Origin: Fimicolochytrium jonesii
Taxonomy: Eukaryota
Reading direction: 5' to 3'
DNA length: 64,000 bases
Assembly (NCBI RefSeq): GCF_025526975.1
Contig: NW_026515677.1
Coordinates: 496,001 to 560,000, forward strand
Shown here: positions 1-10,462 of the stretch, in pieces
Layout: every line of letters starts with the position of its first letter
Position numbering within the stretch: the first letter of the stretch is position 1
Made by a program: the position numbers and the translations under genes
Notes under the pieces: model-generated
Database searches by the model: none
What the model saw: the letters and a program-made list of their open reading frames with translations, nothing else
What the model was told of the DNA's origin: nothing

Positions 1-797
1 GATCACTGTCGAAGGTCGAAGGTCGATGTTGTCACCTTGATCCATGGGATCGGCAAGTCCTAGCGTAAGCACGTGACCCAGCAGTGGAGTTTTCTGTTGG
101 CACCGGTTGGCACTGGGTATAAAAAGAGGCGTCTGCTTAGTGGGGAGTCCCATCTGACCATTCACGCCATTCCGTTGAGACCTCACCACAAGGCGTGCGA
201 AAGTGTTGCGGCAGGCTAAGCTCTTTGAGTAGTACTGAACGCATAGCTTCCCCCAACACCTACATATCCGCCCGAGTTCCCAGCAGGACCCGTGGATGGT
301 TCTCAATGGTGAAAACAAACGAACAAAGAGCAGCGGAAAGACCCTCCAATGATGCCTTTTTTATCAAGCTCAACAGACCGAAAGAATGGGTCTAATTGAC
401 TTTATTTCTTGGGGATACCTACTTCTTCATCCTGAGGGGAGTCTTTTCTGCTGCTCGTGTGCTTTTGAGAATTGTTGTGCAAAGTGCCATGCACCGAAAT
501 GTAATGGTGCGCTGGAAGGTTTGCCCGGCTACTTGGCATGTGAATGGCAACGGAACCCTATATAGCCTGCGTTTTTGGACGTGCCGCACGGAGTCGCAAT
601 TGCGTAACTCCGTTTTGCCGATGTCCAGGATGCCCATTGGGGGTCGACTTTTCCGGTGTTGCTGTGTAACGACGGTTCCACCTCGCTCCTCCATGTGGCC
701 GTAAGCCCCAGTTGCCTCGCCGTGTTTGCTCTGATTCCTGCATGTAAACTGTATATGTACGCCAAGCCTACCCTGCCCCTTGGAGCCCAGCGTCAAA

Positions 798-1409
798 ATG
801 TCCGTCTTCGAACTGCTCACGCCGCTGAACTGCGGGCTAGCAATCGTCTTCCTCTTCTTCCTCAAGAACCTCACCACGTCCAATGCTCGATCACCACCCC
901 CATATGTGCCACCTGGTAAGGAGGTTCTCTTTCTATATCGTTGAGAGATATACAGTACTTACTGCTGGACGACAACAGAACCCATCGTCCTCAAAGACTT
1001 CACACCAAAAGACCTCCTAGCATTCGACGGCACCAACAACTCTAAGATATACATGGGCGTAGGCGGAAAAGTGTACGATGTCACGCGTGGGAAGGACTTT
1101 TACGGCCCGGGAGGTCCATATGCCAATTTCGCGGGTCATGATGCGTCCCGCGGGTTGGCTAAGCACCGGTTTGATGCGGAGATGTTGGCGGATTCGGAGG
1201 GTTTGATTGATAAGTTGGAGGATTTGGATGCTGAGGAGAGGGAGGCGCTGGCGGAGTGGGCGGCTATGTTTGCGTCAAAGTGAGTGCTGTGGGGTTATAG
1301 GCTTGGGTGTAGGTGTGGGTGTGGTCTGATGGCTCAACATCTTTTCTGTTTTGTTAGATACGATCTTGTGGGAAGTTTGGTGGAGAATGAGGGCGTCAAG
1401 ACAGCATGA
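798..1409 (+). CDS. DAP1: Membrane-associated progesterone receptor / cytochrome b5-like heme-binding protein (Dap1/PGRMC1 family), 3 exons
   Basis: N-terminal hydrophobic helix; FTPKDLLAFDG, VYDVTRGKDFYGPGGPYANFAGHDASRGLAK motif; GT-AG introns at ~916-978 and ~1280-1358. Confidence 0.85.
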
Positions 1410-1651
1410 AAGCCGGATGTGCTGTCGCTGTATCCAGGCTTCTCCCCATTCGGCGTAATTCGATAGATGCGTTGGCATTGATTCACTCTTACATCCTTTC
1501 ATTGCGAAAAATACCAATATGCTTGTGTACATAACCCAAACCCTACCATAAGAAGAGTCCGGCGCGGAACATCCACGTCGAGTTTCCCACTTGCGATCCA
1601 CGCTGTCTGTCGACAGCAGATTCTATCTACTGCTATGAAGGCGCGAAACAT

Positions 1652-3620
1652 CTATTCGAGGATCTTGGTGACGACACCGGTTCCAACCGTCTTCCCGCCC
1701 TCTCGCACGGTGAAACGAAGCCCCTCATCAATAGCGACCGAATATGAGAGCTCAACGAGCAGCTCCACGTTGTCTCCCGGCATGATCATCTTTCCCTCGT
1801 TCCTGTTGTTGCGGCCGGTCTCGGTGTCCGGCCACAGGAGCGACGCGGTCACGTCCATCGTGCGGGCGTAGAGTTGGGGCTTGTAGTTTTCTACGAATGG
1901 CGTGTGACGACCTCCTTCGTCCTTGGTGAGGATGTACATTTGTGTCAGGAACTTCTTGTGGGGGGTGATGGTGCCTGGCTTGGCGATGACTTGTCCTCGG
2001 CGGAGCTGGTCACGCTTCAGACCACGGAGAAGGAGACCGGCGTTGTCTCCTGCCTCAGCGCGCTCAAGTTCTGGGAGTAGAGAATTCATTCGTCATCAGC
2101 ACAACCTCGGTCGCATACAGAAAACGATTCTCACGTACCTTTGTGGAACATCTCGACACCAGTGATGGTGGTCTTCAAAGTCTCTCCGTATCCAATAATC
2201 TCAACATCAGCTCCCTTGGTGATGAAGCCACGCTCGACGCTTCCGGTAGTCACAGTTCCACGACCAGCGATGGAGAAGACATCTATGGAGAGTCTAGCAA
2301 TCAGTAACCCCCTCCTGGAACATGCCATATGCGACTGAAGCCGTACGCACCTTCAATGGGCATCAGAAAAGGCTTCTCCAAGTCACGGACGGGGGTGGGA
2401 ATGTAGTCATCGACAGCCTGCATGAGCTTGAAGATAGCCTCCTTTCCGATTTCTGGCTCACGGTCCTCCAGAGCGCAAAGGGCGGATCCCATAATGATCG
2501 GCACTTCCTCTCCCTCGTATCCGTATTCTCCGAGAAGATCCCTCATCTCCATCTCGACCTAGCAGACGCGACTCTTCATCAGAGGCTGATCCCACCCATT
2601 CTGCGCCGAACGATTCCAGCTCACCAGTTCCAACATCTCCTTGTCGTCGACAGCATCGACCTTGTTGATGAAGACCACAAGCCTCGACACGCCGACTTGC
2701 TTAGCGAGCAACAAGTGCTCACGAGTTTGGGGCATCTGTCCGTCAGTAGCAGAGACGACGATGATAGCACCGTCCTACAAAAATGAAGATTGTTGGCTCC
2801 TCCGCCGCGTTGCTCTAAGATTCTTCACAAGAACCATACCATCTGTGCGGCTCCAGTAATCATGTTCTTGATGTAATCAGCGTGTCCGGGACAGTCGACG
2901 TGAGCATAGTGACGGGTGTCTGTCTCATATTCGACGTGGGTGGTGGAAATGGTGATACCACGAGCTCGCTCTTCCGGTGCCTTGTCGATGGAAGCGTAGT
3001 CCCTGAAGTCTGCTCCTCCCTTCTCGGCCAGAACTATTCAAAGTCCATTCAGGTCAGCCACGACCATGAACGCCTTTCCCAATCAATAATTCGAACGGAC
3101 CTTTCGTGATCGCCGCGGTCAAGGTAGTCTTTCCGTGATCGACGTGTCCAATGGTTCCGATGTTAACGTGTGGTTTGGCACGTTGGAAAGTTGCCATAGA
3201 ACGGACTGCCAAGCGCACAATCGCACAGGGTAAGTTTCCGGGATATAAGGCAGGCTTTATGAAACACACTTACGAAACAGTGATGGCCGAGCAAACGTGT
3301 GTGCCGGCGTTGCGCGTGCAGAGGAGGAGAGGATGGAGCGGGAGTTCTGGTAAAATGAACCTCTGGTGAGTTCAAGAAATCGTGCAAAAGGTCCCAAAAA
3401 GTCGCCCCACTTACGGTGTTGAGACATCTCCGTGCAGAGACAGCGGCTGCTGGGGATAGCGACCGAGCGGATCCGTTCGTCAGTATCCACGCCAAAATGG
3501 TGAAGTCCACAGATCACCGAACTGCGGAGAAAATGTTCACATACCACATGACACCCGTGTGCTGGCCGCCGCTCTCAGACGAGCGGCACGAACAAAGGAG
3601 ACACCTGCGCGGCTAGACAT
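1652..3620 (-). CDS. TUF1: Mitochondrial elongation factor Tu, multi-exon
   Basis: [32 protein letters not shown] and [20 protein letters not shown] spread over exons; Arg/Ala-rich presequence [16 protein letters not shown] from ATG 3620 (start inferred). Confidence 0.95.
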
Positions 3621-3841
3621 GTTTGGCTAGGGGAGGGCTGTGAGCTGCGAACCGTTCGTGGGAAACGAAGTTGCAATTGCAAGGGGGGCTCGTCGTGCGA
3701 AGAAACGGAACTTCCGGGGTCGTTGCCTGGAAAATGCCGCGTCGCTGATTGGCTGCACGCTTACGTTAGCAAGAAGGAGTTGGCATTCGAGCCCTGAGGG
3801 TCCAGCAAGGTTCGCAAACGCAGCACATCTCCAAAGCAATC

Positions 3842-4369
3842 ATGTCGAAGAAAGCTACCCCAAAGCAAGACCCTGCCGAAAAGCCCGAGGGCGCCGAGGA
3901 TGTCGATGAGGAGCAGGAGCAGGGAGGAACTCGCGGCCAGGCGAACAAGGACATGAAGAACGTGTCCGGCTTCGACGACGAGGGCGGTGATAATGTGGAC
4001 GAGGACAAGCTGGGGAAGGTAGCTTGGCATATGGAGAGCCGGTGCAGAGAACAGACGAAGCGGCGGCTAACTGGAGACGGTTGGGCAACTTGAATAGGCG
4101 ATGAACTTCCTGACAGACGTCAACAACAAGCAAAAGGCACAAAAGACCTCGCGCGAAAAGGAGCTCGAAAAGGTGGTCGTTGCCAAGGAGGACATAGATG
4201 TAGTGGTATGTTCCCCATTAACCCTTCTCCCCTCTCTGGTCGCTGCTGATTGTTTATTTCCACATAGATGAACGAGTTCCAGATCCCCAGACTCCAGGCA
4301 GAGCGCGCATTACGGGAAAACCGAGGGAACCTGCCGGATACATTGAAGGCGCTTGTATCTGTAGCATGA
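3842..4369 (+). CDS. HYPK (huntingtin-interacting protein K)-like protein, 3 exons
   Basis: Acidic N-terminus; spliced C-terminus EKELEKVVVAKEDIDVV-MNEFQIPRLQAERALRENRGNL fits the HYPK UBA-like domain. Confidence 0.8.
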
Positions 4370-4513
4370 ATGCTGGGATCCCTGAGGGCTTAGGCGAACG
4401 GCTTATACTGGCGTAGGAGAGGGGAATACCGTCATTTTGGCAAAGTTACGAGATGTGTAGGACGGACGATCTGTGCACACTGCTTCAAGGGATCGCATTT
4501 TATCTGAATTCAA

Positions 4514-7500
4514 CTACGTTACGTTTTCGAAGAAACTGAGCAGGTTGGATATGGCTCCCGATATCGGACTTCCCTCTGCAGTATCCCGCTCCGCCAACGC
4601 TCTCATAACAGCCACCCCTCCCTCATCAGCAAGCCTCCCAGCCACTTTCTCCGGCATAGACCCCTCGTGCGCTTTGCACAACCAATCCAACAACGTCACC
4701 GCCAGTACCGTATGACTCCCATTATTCACAACCAGATCAACCATCGCGTCCCAGATCAGATCTACCTCCTGTAACCGCTTCCCCCACCGCGAAATAAGCG
4801 TCAGGGCTCCCCATGCGTCTTTGCGTACATCATCATCTTCTTCAGCTCCACATAAGGATATCAACAGTGGAATGATACCCGCGCTTTCTGCTTGCCGTGC
4901 CAGGCGAAGTGAAAGCGTGCTTAGGGCGGCCACCACGCCACATGCAGCGAGACGGATACTGCTATCGCGGTGGGTGAGGAGCGGCGGTAGATGTGTCAAG
5001 ACATACAACTCATGAACCCGGTTCTCAAACTGCGACGACGATGACTGCATCGCCAATTGCGTGAGCCGATGAAGGAGCGCAAGAGCACTGGATATCCGTC
5101 GTGTCGGAAAATCAGACGAGGCGGGATTGTAGCTGATCATAAGCAGCCGCGTCCAGGTTTTCGGCGTGAGAGTCAGAATCGGGGAGAGTGCGTCCAATCC
5201 TCCCTGATGTGGAACAGACAGGGCGACGTAGGAGGCGAGCCCGATGGCGGATGCTGTCGTGGATGGTGAGAGGGTTTGGCTTTCCAAAGCGGATACGATG
5301 GAGTCGAGGATGGCTTGTACAGTTTTTATGTCTTCGGAAAATCGCGTAAAGTGCGTGTAAACAATCGCCAATGCGTGTTCTGCTATTTCATCGACTTGCG
5401 TTTGGTATTCTGTGGGGTCCTTGTTGAGGATGGTTGAGTTGAGCTTCAGAGCTTCGATGTGCGCTGGCGTGATGAATGATGCAACATATTTCATCATTTT
5501 TGAAGTGGGCGGTGATGCCTCGTCCAAACAGCAGAAAAGAATTCGAAGCACCGACAAAGCCCCAGTAACGCTGAATATGGGAGCTTCCCGGTGTTGTTTG
5601 TCGCAAAAGATCCGAATGTCTTCAAGGACGCGTCTTTGAAGATGACACGCCTCCTGCTCCTCCCCATTCCACCCCAACGTCCGTTCGCAAACCCTTAGCA
5701 GCGCCTCGCTAGGGGACACCAACCACCCACCCGCCTCCTTTGCAACCTTACTCCACGCCTCCTCCCTCCAAACTCGTTGATAAACCCCTTCCCAAAAATC
5801 CCCCGCGACAAGCTCATCCCTCAATTCCTGATCAGGCAACAGCGCCAGCAACTGACAGAGCAGGATCGACTGCTTCGTTTCGAAGAAATCGAGGTTGTCG
5901 TCGCTTAGCATGCTGGAGAGGGCGTATTCGGATAGGGAGGGGTGGAGTTGTAGGACTTCTAACATGCCTAGAACCACGCGAGCGCCGGCATCGCTGTGTG
6001 CTAAGGTAGGGGTGCTTAGGATGTTCGATGCCCGGGCTACCACGTCTGTTGTTTGTGTGAAGAGATCACGGAAGGTATCGTGCCCTTGGCATAGGTGAAC
6101 GGCTAGGAGGCAGAACTCGTCAAAGTGGTCATCGCCTACTTCCTCGAGTAACTCGGTCATCGTAGCTTGACCGCGCGCGGTATCATCCACTGGTCCAATC
6201 TGTCTATCGATCCTCTGCACAAAAGCGTCGCCAATCGTCTGGACCAACTGCCGGCGAAGCTGCACGCATCGATATCCGGTTTGAGCTGCGTCGCGGGTGT
6301 TGTTCGTCTCGCCGAGTTGCAGCGTGACGAGATTCAGCAGACCCAGGTAGATCGATGCAAAGCTCTCGACATCGGCTCCTTCGACCGTCCAAAGATCTAT
6401 CAGATCAGCCATGATCCCCAGATTGAGAATGTCGTCTAAGTAGTCCGCTCGGACCGTCGCCGTGCAGGTGTTCATTAAACGAAGAACGGAATTGAACGTG
6501 TTCATTGACTTGGCCGCAATCAGGCCCGTTTGTTTGAGCAAGCGAAGAAGTTGTGGTAGGAACGTCTGGGCGATTAGGCGTAGAAGAGTCCATGCCATCG
6601 GGTACGGCGAGGGTGATGCCTGACTTTGTCTCGCGCCGCTCGACTTCGGAACGTGCATCAAAGCTTTCTCAGCTCCATCACCCTCTTCCGCCATCAGAAG
6701 CATCGATATCGTACTATTGTACGTCTGCAGCGTCTGCACAACAACCTTCCCCATCCCAGTCGCAACCCCCTCCCTTAGCATATTCGCAAGCCACCCCAGC
6801 AACGCCCTCAAAAACACCTGCATATTCCTCACAACATCCCCATCAGCGCCCCCAAACGGCACACGAAACGTATCCAGCATCCCCTCCGCGACAGCCAACG
6901 CGGTAAGCAGATCGGCGAGCCCTCCCTCACTCGCGCGAGCTTTCTGCACGTTCAGGCTCGTCATACCGCGTATCACCGCTTTTAGGAGCTCGTCGCTTGC
7001 TATGATGTCGCGGACGGACGTTGGCTCGGAGACGAGATCTAAGAGGGCGGTCCAGTCGACTTTTGGTGGCGGGCTTGCGGGGGTTGTCCTGAGCGGCGCG
7101 TCTATGCTGTGGTGGGATATAGAGGTGCCTGACGTGCGTCTGGAGAGACGGTCATCGTCTGCAAAGTGGGTTGGGAGGCCAGCATTCGATGGTCGTTCGC
7201 CCTTTGCTGGTTGTGAGACATGGTTTGGATGGCGGAGCGAGAGGGAGGTTGTTGAGGAGTGTCGGGACGATTCTGAGGTGATTGTATCCGCTGAAGAAGG
7301 CTGGCGCTTTCGGAGAAAGGTCCACTTGTCGTGGTGCTGCCCGCTTCTGAAGTGATCGTTTCCGGAAAGACCGGCCGTGAGCATTGTTTGGACGTAACGT
7401 ATGAGGGCCGTTTGAAGATTGAACTTGACAATGGAACGCGAAGAGGAGCTGGACAGTGGAGAGGACACCAGCATCGTATATTCATCCATTTCGGGCGGTG

Positions 7501-7549
7501 GCTCGCACACCTCCAACATGCTGTTTGCATATTCCACCAGCGCTGCCAT
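4514..7549 (-). CDS. Large ARM/HEAT-repeat protein; further 5' exons may extend to ~8021
   Basis: 1011-aa ORF; C-terminal LPPLLTHRDSSIRLAACGVVAAL and AGIIPLLISLC...DDDVRKDAWGAL are ARM-like; 5' structure unresolved. Confidence 0.65.
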   Translation of the reverse strand: MAALVEYANSMLEVCEPPPEMDEYTMLVSSPLSSSSSRSIVKFNLQTALIRYVQTMLTAGLSGNDHFRSGQHHDKWTFLRKRQPSSADTITSESSRHSSTTSLSLRHPNHVSQPAKGERPSNAGLPTHFADDDRLSRRTSGTSISHHSIDAPLRTTPASPPPKVDWTALLDLVSEPTSVRDIIASDELLKAVIRGMTSLNVQKARASEGGLADLLTALAVAEGMLDTFRVPFGGADGDVVRNMQVFLRALLGWLANMLREGVATGMGKVVVQTLQTYNSTISMLLMAEEGDGAEKALMHVPKSSGARQSQASPSPYPMAWTLLRLIAQTFLPQLLRLLKQTGLIAAKSMNTFNSVLRLMNTCTATVRADYLDDILNLGIMADLIDLWTVEGADVESFASIYLGLLNLVTLQLGETNNTRDAAQTGYRCVQLRRQLVQTIGDAFVQRIDRQIGPVDDTARGQATMTELLEEVGDDHFDEFCLLAVHLCQGHDTFRDLFTQTTDVVARASNILSTPTLAHSDAGARVVLGMLEVLQLHPSLSEYALSSMLSDDNLDFFETKQSILLCQLLALLPDQELRDELVAGDFWEGVYQRVWREEAWSKVAKEAGGWLVSPSEALLRVCERTLGWNGEEQEACHLQRRVLEDIRIFCDKQHREAPIFSVTGALSVLRILFCCLDEASPPTSKMMKYVASFITPAHIEALKLNSTILNKDPTEYQTQVDEIAEHALAIVYTHFTRFSEDIKTVQAILDSIVSALESQTLSPSTTASAIGLASYVALSVPHQGGLDALSPILTLTPKTWTRLLMISYNPASSDFPTRRISSALALLHRLTQLAMQSSSSQFENRVHELYVLTHLPPLLTHRDSSIRLAACGVVAALSTLSLRLARQAESAGIIPLLISLCGAEEDDDVRKDAWGALTLISRWGKRLQEVDLIWDAMVDLVVNNGSHTVLAVTLLDWLCKAHEGSMPEKVAGRLADEGGVAVMRALAERDTAEGSPISGAISNLLSFFENVT

Positions 7550-8154
7550 CCTTCTACCATTCTCACGAACAGCGCATCATATTCCTCATGTTGTCCAAAC
7601 CATATTATATGAAAGTGCTCCAGCAACCGCGGTTGGCCACCACCAAACACCCGCAAAAGGATGAACCGGTAACCACCATATCGCCGCGATGTCGGGAAGC
7701 TGTATAAACGTTCTGCAAACCCTGCCAAAGCTTCGAAAGGATCGCTTCGATGATTGAAAATACAATCCTGATTATGGAAAAGCTGTACAACTAGGCGTCG
7801 GTAGTTTGAGATGAATGGGTCTTGGGCATGGAGAGTTTCGATGTGGTCCGTGATTTCGGGGCGGAAGGTGAAGAGTAGTTCAGACGTAACCATTCGTCCT
7901 GTAGAGTGCGCAGCGGACGGTTTCTGTCGAACTTCGTGCTCTTAAAGAGTATATCTTGCAACTCTGCGGCGCTCCTTCGTTCGAGGTCTTTGAGGTCCTG
8001 TTTGCTTGGTTGCGCCTGCATTGCTTTGGAAAAGCCTTACAAAATAACAATAAGGCATTTAATCGACGAAAATCAGTTGCCGGAAGCCCACTCACCGTGC
8101 GTGCTGCCGCTTGCTCTATTGATAACGGGAGTTTTGGTGCTAGCGAAGTATGTA

Positions 8155-8662
8155 CAGTCAGTGGACATAAAGCTGTGTGCATGCCAGATTAAGTCAGTGT
8201 CTGACGCGCGTTGCGCGACATCAACTCATCATCCTTAATCTTGGGGCATTGCGAAACCTGACCTAAATGAATGGATCTAGATCTGAATTTCGCTAATACC
8301 TAGTTGTCCCCCCATTGGCTGCGATTACGGCTTCTTCGATTGATAGGCGGTTGGTGCAGTGGCACTCTCGTTCGCAAACCTCTTAATAGTGTTCCTCACA
8401 GTATTCCTGTGAACGTGCTCCTGCCTTGCAATTTCAGATGTCGTCTTGCCTGCTATATGGAGGGCAACTATGGCTGCCCTTTTTTGTGGTGTGAGAGGTT
8501 TCCCCATAGCTGAGGTGGTGAAGATGTTGGCGTGCATTTCGCCATCACGGCTTCGTCGCTGGCTTCAATACTCAAGCTTGCGGCTCCAAAACGCGCGGTG
8601 CGCTTTGTGAAACGGTCATTGAAATCCATATGGGGTGCACACAGCTTTTTGTCCACTGACTG
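8155..8662 (-). mobile_element. Non-autonomous, internally deleted Tc1/mariner element (508 bp)
   Basis: 27-bp TIRs CAGTCAGTGGACA(A/T)AAAGCTGTGTGCA; TA at 8153-54 and 8663-64; matches the reverse complement of both ends of 45853-47219 with 859 bp missing. Confidence 0.97.
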
Positions 8663-8909
8663 TACGTTTTACTGAGGTTTGTTGGAGGGAGCGAAGAAGG
8701 GAGGAGCAGGAGCCTCAACCACGTGACGCCCTTGATTGGACGCCGCATCTGGTTCTGACATTGCCGCGGTTTCGGACATCGCACATTATACAGTAATAGT
8801 TCACGCCCACAGCTTCCGATGTCCATTGGAAGCGGCATACGGCATAACCTTCGATAGGGTAAATACAAAAAGCTAGAGTACTGTCGTTGGAGTCCCCCCG
8901 CCTCTACAT

Positions 8910-10155
8910 CTACCAAGAGTGCGCCGTACCGTCCTTCAAGTGCTTAGCCATGCGCTGGAAGCACAGATCATATGCCTCATGCACTTCAGGGACCTTTACG
9001 CCAAGTTTGGCCAACGCGGTGGTCAGCTTTGTCGTGTCCAGCTCACAGTTACTCCTTCCCGCCTTGATGACCTTCGCCTGCTCCTCCAGCGAGAAGTTCT
9101 TCCATGCAAAGTTGGGGTCAACGTGCTTCTTGTACGCGGCGAGGACCTCGTTGTGGGAGATGGCGCCGGGGTTGGTGAAGTTGTACACGCCGGTGAGTTT
9201 CGCTTCGGCCATGGCGAGGGCGGCGGGGAGGAGGTCGTAGAGGATGGTGTTGGAGTTGGGGATGTCGACTACGCGCTCGTACCTGCAGAAACAAAGGTCG
9301 GGCGGATCAGAAAAGAATAGTTTCAGACGGTGACGTTCTGCATTCTGGAGACTTACTTGGTGATCTTGGTGACGAAGTTCCTGGGGTTGAGGTCGTCAGA
9401 CACGGGCATACGGAGACGCAATGTGAGGACATTGGAGTATTGCTTGATGATCTATGTAGGAGACCGTGTCAGTACACAACTCGAAAACGCAGATCGCACA
9501 ATCCCCTTGGCCACACTGCATTCCTCACCTTCTCGACAAGACCCTTGGTGTAAGAGTAGTACGATCCAGTGAAGTTTGGCTCATCCTCCTCAGTGAAGCC
9601 AACACCATGGAACTGGTGTTTCTCGTCGTAGGTGTAGATGCATCCGGTGGCAAAGTTGGTCATGTGGATCCCACGCAAGAACGTGGCGTCGGCGAGGTTG
9701 AGGGTTCCAATAACGTTGCTACGGATGGTGGCCTCTTTGTTGTCCTCGCACCTATAAATCGCACGACGATGTCAACACACAACCGACGGCGTAGTCGTCC
9801 AGTTCAGAAACCTCCATACTCACCAGTCCACATTGGGGCGGCCAGTCACACCAGCGCAGTTGTAGACTCGGGTGGGCTTGTATTCGTCGAGCTCCCTAAA
9901 GGAATTGGTCAGCCAATTGAAGGGGCCAATGGGACTACGGCAGAGGCCTTACTTCAACACAGCCTCCCTGTCCTCCAGACGGATGGTGACACCCTTGACT
10001 TCCTTGCCTTGCTTTTGGAGGAGCTCAGCGAGCAGACCGGCGATCCAGCCTTTGGCTCCGAAAATGAGGTGACGCTATAAATGAACCCAGAAGTGAGCTC
10101 AATAGCACCAAGAAGAGTACGGAGAAGCAGTGTAGCATACCTCTGTGTTTGTCAT
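8910..10155 (-). CDS. Nucleotide-rhamnose synthase 3,5-epimerase/4-reductase (NRS/ER, UER1-like), multi-exon
   Basis: IFGAKGWIAG, NCAGVTGRPNVDWCE, NFATGCIY, PNFTGSYYSYTK, LRLRMP and GVYNFTNPGAISHNE motifs across exons. Confidence 0.9.
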
Positions 10156-10462
10156 TTTGTTGCGTTTTGAGTATGGCAAAGAGGTAGTCTGAGGGCTGTG
10201 GTTGACTGTTGCGAGCGAACGAGTTGGACCGCAGCAGCTTGTCTCTCGGCCTGCCCTCCCTGCCTGGCTGCGGCGCTCTCGTCAAAGCAACAACGCGTTC
10301 TGCACGCGTCCCCAGCGTCCCCCAACGGTGGCAAGAAACAGGGTTATGGGCGGATTTCAAATGTGGATTGTAAATACTCCTCCCTTTCGCTTATTCCATT
10401 CAGGCAATCGCAAAAGCCTGATCAAACATCCCAAACATCTATTTACAGTAAGGCCAGGTCCC

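Noticed and set aside
195..760. Short ORFs at the window start
   Set aside because: No consistent frame or recognisable domain
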